A stretch of DNA of 64,000 nucleotides from a virus. Positions 37,401 to 48,735 of this stretch are shown here, piece by piece. A program made the translations under genes and the position numbers. Location: positions 6,490 to 70,489 of the IMG/VR virus record IMGVR_UViG_3300022074_000025. One strand, given 5' to 3'. Every line of letters begins with the position of its first letter. Within the stretch, counting starts at the first letter, position 1. The notes under the pieces were generated by a model. That model was not told the origin of the DNA. It searched no databases and saw only the letters and a program-made list of their open reading frames with translations.

Positions 37401-37786
37401 ACTATAAAGTTATATTTGGTCCTAAATCGGATACAGAGTTTAGAGCTAAGTTTAGAATTATTAAAATGGCAGGCGTAAAGTTTACAGATAATGAAATCAA
37501 AAACCAAGTTGTAAATGTAATTGAAGAATATTTTAATCCTGCTAATTGGGAGTTCGGTGAAAGTTTTTACTTCACAGAACTTGCGGCTTATGTACATAAA
37601 GAACTTGCAGGTGTAATTAGTAGTTTTGTAATTGTTCCATTAGGCACAAATGCAGTATTTGGTGATCTATTCCAGATTACTCCATTCAAAGATCAGCTAC
37701 TTATTCCTGACATAAGTATTACTGACATTGATATTATTTCAGGCCTGACACAGGCAAATATTAACTTAGCACAGGGCTCTTATTAA
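34478..37786 (+). CDS. gp6: Baseplate wedge subunit (gp6 family), 1102 aa
   Basis: YDFDTIR, NNFISTAER..SV..LA..LGYTPRR, ESIDDIR..AP..YASQNRMITASDY. Confidence 0.85.
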   Translation: MAQAQRQTKLFAAEDYTAVYESYINANLQAYDFDTIRDSMVSYIRENYPESYNDWVESAEFVSLLDVVARFGHALAFRIDINARNNFISTAERTDSVYKLANFLGYTPRRNTTASGFVKVVSVKTNEDIIGNNGTTLSGQEFNFENSTSADNLDNFINIMNAVFASTNPFGSPRKQVTVDNVVNQFYNFNNTENQVAFNFTGIAQGTQTTFNAYSSDYNTDTLRYEEKSPDPQSAFSILYKNDGQGVLSNNTGFFFGLKEGNLDFQDFNVQDAVSGITLDVDAENINQTDVWVQTINQDGTVIKNWTKVNEVFGTNVIFNNLSNGIRDIFSVKSLVDNRISIQFADSSFGNLPNGIIRVWFRSSLDETYTLRPDDIGLKRINMTYKGADNNTYTATFVVQLKSTVNSASSAESIDDIRVSAPQSYASQNRMITASDYNGFLGSTSDNMKKIKAVNRTHSGFSRYVDLKDPTGAYSNLRLFGTDGKLYSCNKRKTTIASDISAAQVFDSYIKRFVSDDELINLYYNKFATTFVDLKSTYSLNSFSWAQSTQYPLTGYFLNGTTIHGVGENQSSYLQLIRTGAMLKFTYGGTEYWAQVKRIYNNGLGVDNTSGDPTGITPDDQGAISLDVAIPSNATLETIYPAISRQFTKTERNTVIDYIKAKQTFALKYDYINNAWEIVERSPLPTGSNITFPTEFSTNLNVTAGQYITGLEYKIQSLGNTDFTLIGAGANTVGTNFIATGPGTGTGVASSTKDNNWLIHISYESSNNVDKWSIVQRVLRYELTTDQMEFSNITNEFFMDGESRKKKRDKVLVTDTSTAGFPSTTFYIWGYDFKTDGDKSGVYDPTKVILASVDADDNDRPDNPEAFSDVVGTNEIDIDIDNDGDLDTVFGKENLRYEWTHVPDHNELIDPSFTNLIDVFTLSTTYDTKFRAYLKDTTGQAGMPVADTVTSLRSAFDDQTERKAMSDSIVYRPANYKVIFGPKSDTEFRAKFRIIKMAGVKFTDNEIKNQVVNVIEEYFNPANWEFGESFYFTELAAYVHKELAGVISSFVIVPLGTNAVFGDLFQITPFKDQLLIPDISITDIDIISGLTQANINLAQGSY

Positions 37787-40700
37787 TGGCCGATTATAAA
37801 GATTACAAGAGCTCTAAAACCAAAAAGAGCAAGAACAAAAGAAAGATTGGTAACTACCCTACAGTAAATGTAAAGAGTAGTGATTACCTCCCATTCGCCT
37901 TTCAAACTAGAATTAATAAGCAGTGGCTTGATAGTACATTTGATCAACTAGTATCTAAAGGTATGCTAGAAGATATTGATGCTTATGTTGGTGATAAGTC
38001 AGGCAAGTCTAGAACTGAAACAGAACAAACAAAATACTTAGATACAAAAAATAATAATGTACAACTTTCTCCTACAATCGTTAGTGATACACGTATTGCA
38101 TTTGACGATGTGGCCCAGGCAGTTGAACAATACTTCGATGACTATAATTATAATTCGGCATACACTACCCAGGGTTATGTATATCAGCCGCCAATTGATG
38201 TAGATAAGTTTTTTAACTTTACAAGTTACTATTGGGTTCCAAACTTACCTGTATATGAAAGTGATAATACAAATGGCACAGCAACATATGCAGTAGATCC
38301 TATTACAGATATTAACGGAAAAGTAACACATACATTTGTAGATGATAATAACAGTTTTGATTTAGAAGACGGAATGCGTATTAAGTTAGAACTGGGTTAT
38401 GGTTCTTTAAGCAACAACATTTATCTTGTAACAGGTGTTGGCAAGGAAATTAACTTACGTCTTTACAATGAGCAACGTACAGTTTTTGGTACTACTAATA
38501 AACGCCCATACCCTATTTGGACAGATGAAAATACTTACACAAATCATACAAAAGGATATTGGGATAGTATAGATGTATTGGATATTACCTACAAAAAAGG
38601 CAATATAGCAGACGCACGTGGTAACTCACCTATTACAATAATGCAAGCATACAATGCAGATTTAGCAGATCCAAATACTAATACTGCACCTGCATTATGG
38701 TTTTACTCTGGTAATGACAGAAAGATTTACCTAGCGAATGGTATGGTAGTAAGGTTTGGCACGGGTTGGCCCGGATTAACAACAGAAGAACAACATTCAA
38801 TATACTGGGTAGAAGTTGATACAAGTGGCAATGTAATATTCAAAGATATTATTAGGGCATCAGTTTCAGGAACTGAAATTACACAGGAAGTAGTAACAAC
38901 AAATAGAACACCAGATAAAATAGCAAAAGCTCAATCCTACTTAGAACATACATGGGATAGTAATACAAATTGGGATACATGGTATACACCAACAGCATTA
39001 AAAGATTATATTGTTATTAACAGAGATGATCCTATTGCTACAGCATGGAGTAGATCCAATCACTGGATTCACAGAGATACAATTTTTAAATTGGCAGACA
39101 TGAATCCATTTATGGATGCAGAAAATTTCACTACTCTTGATAATCAAGCAAAGCGTCCTATCATTGAATTTGAAGGTGGTATACATCTTATCAAACATAG
39201 TAATGATAGCACAGTACAGAAATTTCAAGGACCTATAGACTTTATATTAAGAGATGCAAGTCTAGCAAGTCAACTACAAAATGGCACAACCTACATAGTA
39301 GAAAATGTTGCAACATCATACACACGTGATGCCACACAAAGTACAGATCCAGTTTACAAAACTCTTACAGTAGGTGATACATTCATTATAAGAAATGCTC
39401 TTGGAACAAGTACAGCAGACACAGCAACATTACAGTCAAGTTATATTAGACAGGACTTGTGGGTTAGCGACACACCACAGACTATGGTGGGATATACAAA
39501 GGATCGTGTCAATCATCCACCGTTATATTATTTGTTTGACGATGAAAGACAAAACACAAGATTAGACGATATAACAAAATATCCTAATAGTACATTTAGG
39601 TATGTGAAAGATGCTGATGGCGAAAGAGGTGGATCTAAATTATTTGGATATAAGATAGGTTCAGGTACAACAATTGATCCTGAACTTGACATGGTCGTAA
39701 GTCTTAAAGATATGGGCCATAGAGCAGAATACGAATTTGTAAACTATCAGGATAAAGATAAATTTACATTTAGTCTAATAACTCCTGATGGTGGACTTGT
39801 AGATACAGATACAATTAAAGGCTACTACAGTTATAAGCAAAAAGGAATTGTAAAGAACGCTTATGTTCCTGGCAATGTAATGCGTGGTGCAAAAGAAAAG
39901 TATCAACAGATTGTTACTGATGCAACTTCAGCACAAACTATCCCATACGGCACAGATAGTTTTAAATCTGCAAGAGAATTTGTTGTACATACATATGGTC
40001 CTAATATAGACTTTACTGTTACTGAAAACTTTGCATTTGGTATTTTTAATGAACGTAAAGAAGGTAAGCCTACACTAACAGTCAAAGCAGGTGAAACTTA
40101 TAACTTTATTAACATTAGTAAAAATAATATAAATTTCTATAGCGATTTTGCTGGCACTGCACATACAACAAATGTTACATCAAGTGGAAATGTAACAACA
40201 ATAGTAATGCCAAATACTGCTGGAATATTATACTATGGTTATTCAGCTACTAATAAGGCACGTATTGTTATTTTAGATAATGATGACTATCTATATCATG
40301 ATCTATATATTGACGGCAAGCGTATTAGACAAGAAGAGTATACAATTAATACAGACTCAATAGTTGTACCAGCAGACCTTGTAGAAGAAAATAGTATTAT
40401 TGATTTAGAATTTAGAGAAGTAGATGCAACAAATGATGCAAAAGTATACAGCATACCTGATGTACTTGAACATAATGCAACTAACAAGCAATTACTTGAA
40501 TTTACTATTAGTGAAACATTTGACCATTGGAACGATATTATATATAAGTCACCAAACTTAACAGGGCAAAGTTTTGGTATTAATAGTTACCACAAAGATG
40601 TTAAATTGCATAACACTGGTGGTACAATATATATGTATGATGATATTAGTATCATGCACGATTACACATATGCCAATACTGCATTTGATGCAAGAGAAGC

Positions 40701-43700
40701 TCTGTTTGCACAAGCACGTGACTTTCATGGATTTAGAGATAGATTTAGAGCTCAAGTAATTAGACTATACAAATCAAATGGATATGTGAAAACAAGGGAC
40801 ATTGTACGTGATGCACTTAAAGCAATCACTGAAACCAAAAAAGGAACAGATTTATATGCTGATTCAAATATGGTTTACTTCCAAGATAAGAGAGAACAGA
40901 GATATGATCTTACAGCAAGTCAAACAAAAATCTATCCAAGTATATCAATAAACACTGACTTTAATATAATGGATCATGCTTATTTGTATTTGTCAGAAAA
41001 CAATGGCAGTAATGAATATTATGAAAGATTACTTGTTAAAGATGTTGACTATACTCTTGCAGGCAGTACTATTACACTTAAAAATTTAACAACTGCTGTA
41101 AGTACTACTGAGCCAGCATTTCTTACAATACAATTTATTGATAGAGAGAACAATAGTTATATACCTGAAAGCATGGTAAAACTAGGGCTTGCGTATGGAA
41201 CACCACCTACAGTTGAAACAGATATAATCACATTACATGATGGAACAGAACTAGTTTGGAATAACACAAACAATTTATATGACCCAACAAAATCAAACTA
41301 TGATGTTGTAAATGCCTGTTTATTAGACTTAGACAAAAGAATTTGGGCAGGTATAGTTGACTTGGATAATACAAGAAGTCCTAATGCATTTCTGCCGGCA
41401 CCACATTTTGAAACTTGGTATACAAAAGAAAAGTTAGATAATTATACAGAACAACTATACAGAGATTACCAAGCAAAGATTGGTGTAGAAGTTTTCAATT
41501 CCAGTAACTACTATGATGGAACAAATTATCCTGGAAGCAATGACGGCACAACATGGAATTACAGTTCAATGGGTAACTGGCCAGGACATTGGAAAGGTGC
41601 GTATCAATACTTGTTTGGTACACATAGACCTGATTTAACACCATGGCATATGCTAGGAAAAAGCAAAAAACCAGATTGGTGGGACGATGTATATAGTTGG
41701 AAAGATACTGCAAACGGTGGATCAGATGCTAAACGTACAGCATTAATTGAAGCATTAACAAATGGCTACGTAAGTAATACACGTGATCATGTGAACTATA
41801 CAAAATCAGAACTACGTTATGCAAGACATAATTGGGACTGGACAAACAACTACCCAGTTGATACAGCCGGAAACCTTGTACCAAGATACGAAGTGCTTGG
41901 TATACCGTCTGCTGTGAACAGAGCACAGGATTTTGTATTTGGTGACTATGGTCCTATTGAGATTGCTTGGAGAGGAAGTGCTTTAGGTCAAAGTGCATTA
42001 TTAGATGCAATAGTAAAATTATTACCTGCAAAAGCATGGACAGAGTTTTTCCAACCAGGATTATTTAATGAAGGTAATATTTTTAGTAGCAACAAATTAA
42101 TTAACGCATACTCAAGGTCTGCTATATCACCTAATAATATTTTATACAATAACAATGCCAGCCATAAAAAAGTAAAACGTATTAATGTTCGTAGCTCAAG
42201 CACTGGTTGGGGATCAACAAGTAAAATTGATTTATTCTCTCCAACTGATTCAGCAAGAGTAGGCGAGGCTGTAATTGATGTAGATAGTACAGGTACAATT
42301 AGCAGTATTACAATTACTAAAGGAACATACGGATATAGAGAAGTACCTATTTTTGATATTACAAATCAAGGCACTGGTTATGATCAGGACGCAATAGTTG
42401 ATATTGAATTTATTATGGGTAATGCAATATATCATGGACATGGTCTTAACAAGGTATTAGATAACAACTTACTACGTGGCTATAAAGACATTAGTATGCG
42501 TGAAGTGTACGAACCAATTGATACTAAACTTGTACAAAAAGTAGGCGGCTTTACATCTGAAAACCTCGTTGATTTTTATACTGAGTCAGGAGCAAACGGC
42601 AAATACAAAGTTGACACAAATGACTACAATGTATTTTTATATAAAGGCCCACCAAGAAAGATTGTAAACGCAAGTGTGATGAACTTGAAAAAACAACTAG
42701 GTGGTATAAAGGTTGATGGATATGGACTTGGTAAGCAAAAGTTTTACTTTTATGAGCCTCTTAGAAAAACAGATAACTTTACTAATTTAGAACTAGTAGA
42801 AAATGCTATCGTAAGAAGATATAATGATTTTGATTATAGTAGAGTTAGTAGTATTGAGTATGGTGCTGTTGTAGCGAAAGTACAGGACCTATACGATTTT
42901 ATTAGAGGATATTATGAATACCTAAACTATAACGGTGTTGTACCACAGGCAAATGGTAATGCTCAAGCAACAAACGGAGCAGTATTTGCTATTGGCAATG
43001 AAGTAGGTAATACAACAAGACTTGCTCTTGGTGATACGATTAATTATACTGGACAAACAGGTAGACTTGTAGAGTTTGGTACACTACCAGGTGGTATGAA
43101 TAGCCCATTAGATACAAAAGGAAAAATACTTAATCCAAAAGAAGTAAGCGTTGATAGATTAGAGAAGACTGCTATTGTAAGTATTAATTCTCCGCTTGCT
43201 AAAGAATTTGGAAGCGTTACGTTTGCTGAAGTAGATTTTGAACACGTAGTTGAATTTGATAACACTACACAGTTTAATGATACATTATTTAATGATGTAA
43301 CAAACCAGAGACACCATAGATTATTAATGCAAGGACACAGAACAATAGACTGGGACGGTAACATTAGAGCTCCTGGATACCTTGTATTTGAAAACAAAAT
43401 TGTTGAAAACTTTGATACCAGTGTTGAAACACTTAACACACTTTACGATTATAATATTGAAAACGTAAATCCAACATACAGAAAAGCACAGAACATTACA
43501 ATAGGAAATTATAATAAGGACTGGGTTAACGATACATTTATAAATGATCAAACTTTTGCAAAGTTTTATCAGGGTATGATAAAAGCAAAAGGCACAAGCA
43601 ATGTTATGAAACCATTTAACAGAAGTTCAATGTTAAATGAAGGTACAAGTACAGCAAGCATTTACGAAGAATGGATGTTCAGACATAGTTACTATGGTGA

Positions 43701-46700
43701 TAACACAAACGTAAATGCAACTGAAATTAGACTTAGCCCCGATCCAAATAATCCAACATTAGTTGATAACAATGTTGAGATTTTAGACGTAAGACTAACC
43801 AGCCAGCTTGAATATGTCAATGGTGATAGCACAATACGTTTTAACACTGAAGACTCAGCAACATTTTTAGATAGACCATCACGTCTTAGGACAGCAGGTG
43901 AAGTTATAGATGTAGATGAAAACGATAACAATATTGTAAAAACATTACAGGATATGAAGTCTGTATTTGATAGTACAGCAGAATACGCAACCATTGAAAC
44001 TTGGAGCGGAACGCAAAGTTATAAGCGTGGTGATAAGGTTAGATATAAAGGTAGATTACTAAGATGTGATGTAGCATCAATTGGATTTAGTACACAATCA
44101 ACAGGACTAACGTTTACTGGCACAGCAATTGAGCCTGTATTTAATTATGTAACCCAAGCAAATGGTGACGCCGCTAGTGCAGTAATTGATGGTACACCAG
44201 TTTGGTTTGATGAAACACAAACACAGTTTAATAATATTGTTGCTACAGCAAATGTTGATGCTGACATACCGGCTAACTCAATACCAAGTGGAAGTATATT
44301 AGGTATTGCTGATACTGGTCCTAATGGATATAACAGAACGTTAACATTACAAAATCTTGTGTTAACCACTGTAATCGATTCAACTGGTGATCAAAGTATT
44401 AACTATATAGATGAGGGTAACCCATATTTTATATGCCAACTAAATTCAGTTACTGATCCAGTTATTGCAGATAATACAGGTGAAAATGTAATTATTAATG
44501 GTGCAACTATTCCATTAGTCAATACAACATTAGGATTTCCAGCAGGTACTGCATTAGATAAAACAGATGTTGCTACTATTATTGATAGCACAGCAGATAA
44601 TAACCTTAAGTGCCAGGAACTAAACGGAAATATTATTATCTGGTATGATGTAGGTAATGATGTAAATGGTACAATGGTTATTGGTAATGGTACAGCAAAC
44701 AATGATTTAAACATTGCACCTGGCACGTACAGGCCAAGTAGAAGCGACACTTATGTAGCACAGAATATGGATAATGCTACACTTGTTTCTAAAATTAATG
44801 CACACCCAGATAAGCCTGGTGATGTTAGTGCGGCTGTATCTGGTAACTTTGTAATACTAACAAAAACACCTACATCAACATCAAGCACTTCAAGTTCACT
44901 TACTTTGACAGGCAGTATTTCAACTTCACTATTTCCTGCAAACCAACGTGCCCAGACAATGACGGGTTCACAAGTTCCTATCAATCCACAAACTGTGCAA
45001 AATGCACGTGATAAAATTAATGAAGCAGGTATCTCAGGTGTGACTGCATCAGTTGATGCAAACCAAAGATTGCTTATTACAAGTACAAACTCAAGTATTG
45101 ATTTAGGTGGCATAAGCCCAGCAAGAGATATGAATACAAGAGCAGGATTACCTACAGGTGTTAGAGCAACACAAGCAACTGTGGTTGCAAATACATTTAA
45201 CTCAAGCCAGTGGGGAGATATAAGTGATGATGATCCTGCACTATTTAAAATACAAGTGGTCCAAGACGACAATCCGGACAACGTGGATGGTACTACTTCA
45301 GGACCAACAGCGGTTGTTCCTGGTATAGGTTCAACTTCAATACCAACATCAACACAAAGCGTATTCAATGGTTGGAATGTTTTCCAAGTACAAAACTTAG
45401 GACTATACAGCGAGGTTGCTGATGAGAATGGTACATTAACAACTACATGTTCAGTTTGTGCTGGTACAGCAACTGAAGATGGAAATGATGCTTGTGTTAA
45501 CGTTAACGTAGATCATAATTTAGAAATAGGTGATTACGTGATGATTGTTAATAGTACAAGTAAACCAAGTGTAGATGGTATACACAAAGTAACAAACTTG
45601 GGTTCAGTGGCTGAGCCTAGGAAGTTTTTCATAGATATGTTTATTGAGGAATGTGGTGATGCACCACAGGTTTATGTATTACGTAATTGTAGATTTGATG
45701 ACTATGATGACATACTTAAGACTAACGTAAACAACAAAGATATTGATGAGGGCTTAGGTAATATTGGAGCCGCTATTGATCAAATAGCAAACAACCCACA
45801 ATACACAGTTGGTGCAATTGGTAATGGTGATGGCAGATATAACTGGAAATCAGGCGATACTGTTTGGACAAACTATCATATGAATAATACTCCTTCAAAC
45901 AGAGGTACATATGTTTACACACATAATGGTACTGAGTTTGTATACGACAGTGCTAGATCTGTAACGTCCAGAGCAGTAGGTAAAGATACAATATCACATG
46001 GACTTATATATGATGGTAGTAGAAACGGAAGAGTCACAGAGTTAGAGTTGGAAGTATTTGATCCTGTACTTGGTGCAATACCAGGTATTGCTAACGTGCA
46101 AATTGACTTTAGATCATTTGTTGATGCCGCCGGATACACCCACAGTACAGATTTAAATGAGCCTATTTTACTTAACACAGGTACAGCATGGGGCGAAGCA
46201 GAACTAGGAAAAGTTTGGTGGGATTTAACAAACGCAATTTATTATGATTATAGTCAAGGCTCTGCAGAATACAAAAGAGATTACTATGGTAAACTTTGGG
46301 AAGGTGGAAGCATTGATGTTTATGAATGGTCAAAGTCTACTGTACCACCAGATGAATATGAAGCAATACAAGTTAACCAAACTCTTGTTAAGGTAGATAT
46401 TACAAACACACCAGCAATAAGTGCTAGTGTCCAATTTGCAGACACTCCATCCAAAGTAGAAATGTTTGGTAATGTTGCTACTGGTGAACCATATAGCATA
46501 GTTGATAGAAACAGTGGTGAAAAGATTTATTACTATACTGAAGATGAAGATTACAATGCTAAGACTAATACATATGACAAAGTATATTACTTCTGGGTTA
46601 AAAACAAAACCTCATATAAATCTTCACCAAATAGAACAATGCCTGTAAAAAATCTTGCAGAAATAATTAGAGATCCTACCGCAAATGGTATTAGTTGGAT

Positions 46701-48726
46701 TGCACCAATTAGTGATATTGAAATCCTCTTGGCTAATACGCAGTATGTAACAGATCATAAATCAGTATTACAAATTAATAAAGAGCTTGCTAAGCCATCA
46801 CACAATAGCTGGACAGTTATGCAAGAGGGCAGAGGTCTTATTCCTGAATACTGGTATAGAGGTGTGCTTGATAACTTAACAGGATTCCAAGCAACAAGTG
46901 GTAAAGAGTTTCCTAATAGAGACCTACACATTTATAATAGATTTGGCGATGACAGAGCGATAGGACAAGGCTGGTTTTATAATACAAACATGGCTAGACA
47001 AGAAGCACTTGCTTGTATTAATAAGCACCTAACAAATATAAACCTTGTATCTGATTTAGCAGACAAATGGGATAGAACAATTGGCATAGAAAAAGAAGTA
47101 ATTGATATTAATGTAGACTTTAGTAACTTAGATGCGTGGGCTCCAAATACTGCATATACAGTTGGTACACTTGTTAAGTTTAACAAGAAAATATATTATG
47201 CTAGAAAAGCACACACAAGTGGTACTAGCAGTTATCAAGCATTTAAAAATAATCAAACATGGATGAGATATGCGAGTTTATATGACTTTACAGAAATGTG
47301 GGATTACGCAGACTACAGCCATGTTGACAGGCTTACAAACGAACAGCCTACAATAACAATTAACAAGAAGACCGATCTTGCTAATATTGATATATCTAAA
47401 CACAGAGTCGTGGGTGTTAATATGGTTGACCCAGATGGATATGATAGAACTGAAATTGTAAAATGGAACGGTGAACAGTGGATTGTACAGCATAAGAAAA
47501 ACGGTACAATACAATTTGCTGACTGGTTAGTTGATAGTAACAGAATAGATGCATGGGATAAAAATGGTTGGGATAGTCTTGCTTGGGACGGTAACAAGCA
47601 GGTATTCTGGCATTACCTAGTATATGCACTAAGACATGATATCTTTATTGAACAGCATGTAGATAACTTTAATAAGTTTTTCTTCTGCATAGTTAGACAT
47701 TGTTTAGCAACACAGAAACAGGTTGACTGGGTGCATAAAACAACGTATATTCAATTGGAAGTTACAACACCAGCAAATAGTACAACTAATAAGTATAAGA
47801 AAGGAACCATTAATTCTTTACTAGGTTACATTAATGATGTTAAACCTTTCCATACTAAGATAAGAAACATTATAGACGCAACTACTATTACAGAAGATGC
47901 GCCAATAGGTATTACTGAATCATATACAACTGATACAACAATTAAACTAAACCAGTTCAGTACTAACCAAGAAGGTAATGATTATCTAAACAATGCTCTA
48001 AAAGCAAACACATATAAGAATGATATTCTAAGTAGTGCATTTGATACAGCATCATTTACAGATACATATACATCACAGGCATTTACTGATACAAGTACAC
48101 CAGCTGATATAGTTAATGGTGGTAGCTTCATTGAACCTGAGCTATACAACTACACAGGTAATGACAATAATAGAAACAGTTTGGCACAACTAGATACTGC
48201 TGAAGACTTAACAATTACTATACAAACTAATACAAGTGGTGATACAGTTAATGCAGATTCAAGAACATTTGTTTACAGACAGGATGGAAAACTAAACGCA
48301 CTAATTGATATACTTGAACAAGCAAAGAGTACAACAACTACTGCGGCTATTACAAACATTGATACAACAATACCTGTAACAAGTTCTGCTAACTTTAACA
48401 AGTCAGGTGGCTTTGCTTACATTAATGGTGAAGTACTTGAATATAGCACAGCAGATAACAATACGATTACAGTAGCATACCGTGGATATGCCTCACAAAA
48501 GGCACATGCAAGTGGTAGCACTATTGTAGATATTACAGACGCAGGCGTCTGGAACGGCACTATAAAAGGTGTCACTAACTCAAGCAACGAGTACGTTGAC
48601 GAGAACAAAATTAATGACATTGCCAAGAACTCTGGTACATTGGAATGGGAAGCAACGTCAATACTATCCGGTACTGGATTATTGTCTGCAAAATTGCAGG
48701 CAGGCACACAGGGCATTGATTTATGA
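37786..48726 (+). CDS. Giant baseplate/virion structural protein (gp7-position), 3646 aa
   Basis: Single uninterrupted ORF after gp6; PPIDVDKFFNF..YYW and YINDVKPFHTKIR motifs; CBM-like aromatic modules. Confidence 0.7.
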   Translation: MADYKDYKSSKTKKSKNKRKIGNYPTVNVKSSDYLPFAFQTRINKQWLDSTFDQLVSKGMLEDIDAYVGDKSGKSRTETEQTKYLDTKNNNVQLSPTIVSDTRIAFDDVAQAVEQYFDDYNYNSAYTTQGYVYQPPIDVDKFFNFTSYYWVPNLPVYESDNTNGTATYAVDPITDINGKVTHTFVDDNNSFDLEDGMRIKLELGYGSLSNNIYLVTGVGKEINLRLYNEQRTVFGTTNKRPYPIWTDENTYTNHTKGYWDSIDVLDITYKKGNIADARGNSPITIMQAYNADLADPNTNTAPALWFYSGNDRKIYLANGMVVRFGTGWPGLTTEEQHSIYWVEVDTSGNVIFKDIIRASVSGTEITQEVVTTNRTPDKIAKAQSYLEHTWDSNTNWDTWYTPTALKDYIVINRDDPIATAWSRSNHWIHRDTIFKLADMNPFMDAENFTTLDNQAKRPIIEFEGGIHLIKHSNDSTVQKFQGPIDFILRDASLASQLQNGTTYIVENVATSYTRDATQSTDPVYKTLTVGDTFIIRNALGTSTADTATLQSSYIRQDLWVSDTPQTMVGYTKDRVNHPPLYYLFDDERQNTRLDDITKYPNSTFRYVKDADGERGGSKLFGYKIGSGTTIDPELDMVVSLKDMGHRAEYEFVNYQDKDKFTFSLITPDGGLVDTDTIKGYYSYKQKGIVKNAYVPGNVMRGAKEKYQQIVTDATSAQTIPYGTDSFKSAREFVVHTYGPNIDFTVTENFAFGIFNERKEGKPTLTVKAGETYNFINISKNNINFYSDFAGTAHTTNVTSSGNVTTIVMPNTAGILYYGYSATNKARIVILDNDDYLYHDLYIDGKRIRQEEYTINTDSIVVPADLVEENSIIDLEFREVDATNDAKVYSIPDVLEHNATNKQLLEFTISETFDHWNDIIYKSPNLTGQSFGINSYHKDVKLHNTGGTIYMYDDISIMHDYTYANTAFDAREALFAQARDFHGFRDRFRAQVIRLYKSNGYVKTRDIVRDALKAITETKKGTDLYADSNMVYFQDKREQRYDLTASQTKIYPSISINTDFNIMDHAYLYLSENNGSNEYYERLLVKDVDYTLAGSTITLKNLTTAVSTTEPAFLTIQFIDRENNSYIPESMVKLGLAYGTPPTVETDIITLHDGTELVWNNTNNLYDPTKSNYDVVNACLLDLDKRIWAGIVDLDNTRSPNAFLPAPHFETWYTKEKLDNYTEQLYRDYQAKIGVEVFNSSNYYDGTNYPGSNDGTTWNYSSMGNWPGHWKGAYQYLFGTHRPDLTPWHMLGKSKKPDWWDDVYSWKDTANGGSDAKRTALIEALTNGYVSNTRDHVNYTKSELRYARHNWDWTNNYPVDTAGNLVPRYEVLGIPSAVNRAQDFVFGDYGPIEIAWRGSALGQSALLDAIVKLLPAKAWTEFFQPGLFNEGNIFSSNKLINAYSRSAISPNNILYNNNASHKKVKRINVRSSSTGWGSTSKIDLFSPTDSARVGEAVIDVDSTGTISSITITKGTYGYREVPIFDITNQGTGYDQDAIVDIEFIMGNAIYHGHGLNKVLDNNLLRGYKDISMREVYEPIDTKLVQKVGGFTSENLVDFYTESGANGKYKVDTNDYNVFLYKGPPRKIVNASVMNLKKQLGGIKVDGYGLGKQKFYFYEPLRKTDNFTNLELVENAIVRRYNDFDYSRVSSIEYGAVVAKVQDLYDFIRGYYEYLNYNGVVPQANGNAQATNGAVFAIGNEVGNTTRLALGDTINYTGQTGRLVEFGTLPGGMNSPLDTKGKILNPKEVSVDRLEKTAIVSINSPLAKEFGSVTFAEVDFEHVVEFDNTTQFNDTLFNDVTNQRHHRLLMQGHRTIDWDGNIRAPGYLVFENKIVENFDTSVETLNTLYDYNIENVNPTYRKAQNITIGNYNKDWVNDTFINDQTFAKFYQGMIKAKGTSNVMKPFNRSSMLNEGTSTASIYEEWMFRHSYYGDNTNVNATEIRLSPDPNNPTLVDNNVEILDVRLTSQLEYVNGDSTIRFNTEDSATFLDRPSRLRTAGEVIDVDENDNNIVKTLQDMKSVFDSTAEYATIETWSGTQSYKRGDKVRYKGRLLRCDVASIGFSTQSTGLTFTGTAIEPVFNYVTQANGDAASAVIDGTPVWFDETQTQFNNIVATANVDADIPANSIPSGSILGIADTGPNGYNRTLTLQNLVLTTVIDSTGDQSINYIDEGNPYFICQLNSVTDPVIADNTGENVIINGATIPLVNTTLGFPAGTALDKTDVATIIDSTADNNLKCQELNGNIIIWYDVGNDVNGTMVIGNGTANNDLNIAPGTYRPSRSDTYVAQNMDNATLVSKINAHPDKPGDVSAAVSGNFVILTKTPTSTSSTSSSLTLTGSISTSLFPANQRAQTMTGSQVPINPQTVQNARDKINEAGISGVTASVDANQRLLITSTNSSIDLGGISPARDMNTRAGLPTGVRATQATVVANTFNSSQWGDISDDDPALFKIQVVQDDNPDNVDGTTSGPTAVVPGIGSTSIPTSTQSVFNGWNVFQVQNLGLYSEVADENGTLTTTCSVCAGTATEDGNDACVNVNVDHNLEIGDYVMIVNSTSKPSVDGIHKVTNLGSVAEPRKFFIDMFIEECGDAPQVYVLRNCRFDDYDDILKTNVNNKDIDEGLGNIGAAIDQIANNPQYTVGAIGNGDGRYNWKSGDTVWTNYHMNNTPSNRGTYVYTHNGTEFVYDSARSVTSRAVGKDTISHGLIYDGSRNGRVTELELEVFDPVLGAIPGIANVQIDFRSFVDAAGYTHSTDLNEPILLNTGTAWGEAELGKVWWDLTNAIYYDYSQGSAEYKRDYYGKLWEGGSIDVYEWSKSTVPPDEYEAIQVNQTLVKVDITNTPAISASVQFADTPSKVEMFGNVATGEPYSIVDRNSGEKIYYYTEDEDYNAKTNTYDKVYYFWVKNKTSYKSSPNRTMPVKNLAEIIRDPTANGISWIAPISDIEILLANTQYVTDHKSVLQINKELAKPSHNSWTVMQEGRGLIPEYWYRGVLDNLTGFQATSGKEFPNRDLHIYNRFGDDRAIGQGWFYNTNMARQEALACINKHLTNINLVSDLADKWDRTIGIEKEVIDINVDFSNLDAWAPNTAYTVGTLVKFNKKIYYARKAHTSGTSSYQAFKNNQTWMRYASLYDFTEMWDYADYSHVDRLTNEQPTITINKKTDLANIDISKHRVVGVNMVDPDGYDRTEIVKWNGEQWIVQHKKNGTIQFADWLVDSNRIDAWDKNGWDSLAWDGNKQVFWHYLVYALRHDIFIEQHVDNFNKFFFCIVRHCLATQKQVDWVHKTTYIQLEVTTPANSTTNKYKKGTINSLLGYINDVKPFHTKIRNIIDATTITEDAPIGITESYTTDTTIKLNQFSTNQEGNDYLNNALKANTYKNDILSSAFDTASFTDTYTSQAFTDTSTPADIVNGGSFIEPELYNYTGNDNNRNSLAQLDTAEDLTITIQTNTSGDTVNADSRTFVYRQDGKLNALIDILEQAKSTTTTAAITNIDTTIPVTSSANFNKSGGFAYINGEVLEYSTADNNTITVAYRGYASQKAHASGSTIVDITDAGVWNGTIKGVTNSSNEYVDENKINDIAKNSGTLEWEATSILSGTGLLSAKLQAGTQGIDL

Positions 48727-48728
48727 TG

Positions 48729-48735
48729 CTAAATA
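48729..48735 (+). promoter_or_regulatory. Probable late promoter (CTAAATA)
   Basis: TAAATA core followed by AGGAGA SD and ATG 48752. Confidence 0.6.

Noticed and set aside
37786-48726. Intein or assembly artefact explaining the 3646-aa ORF
   Set aside because: No C-terminal HN-(C/S/T) splice junction paired with LAGLIDADG blocks was recognised, and no exact long duplication was seen.
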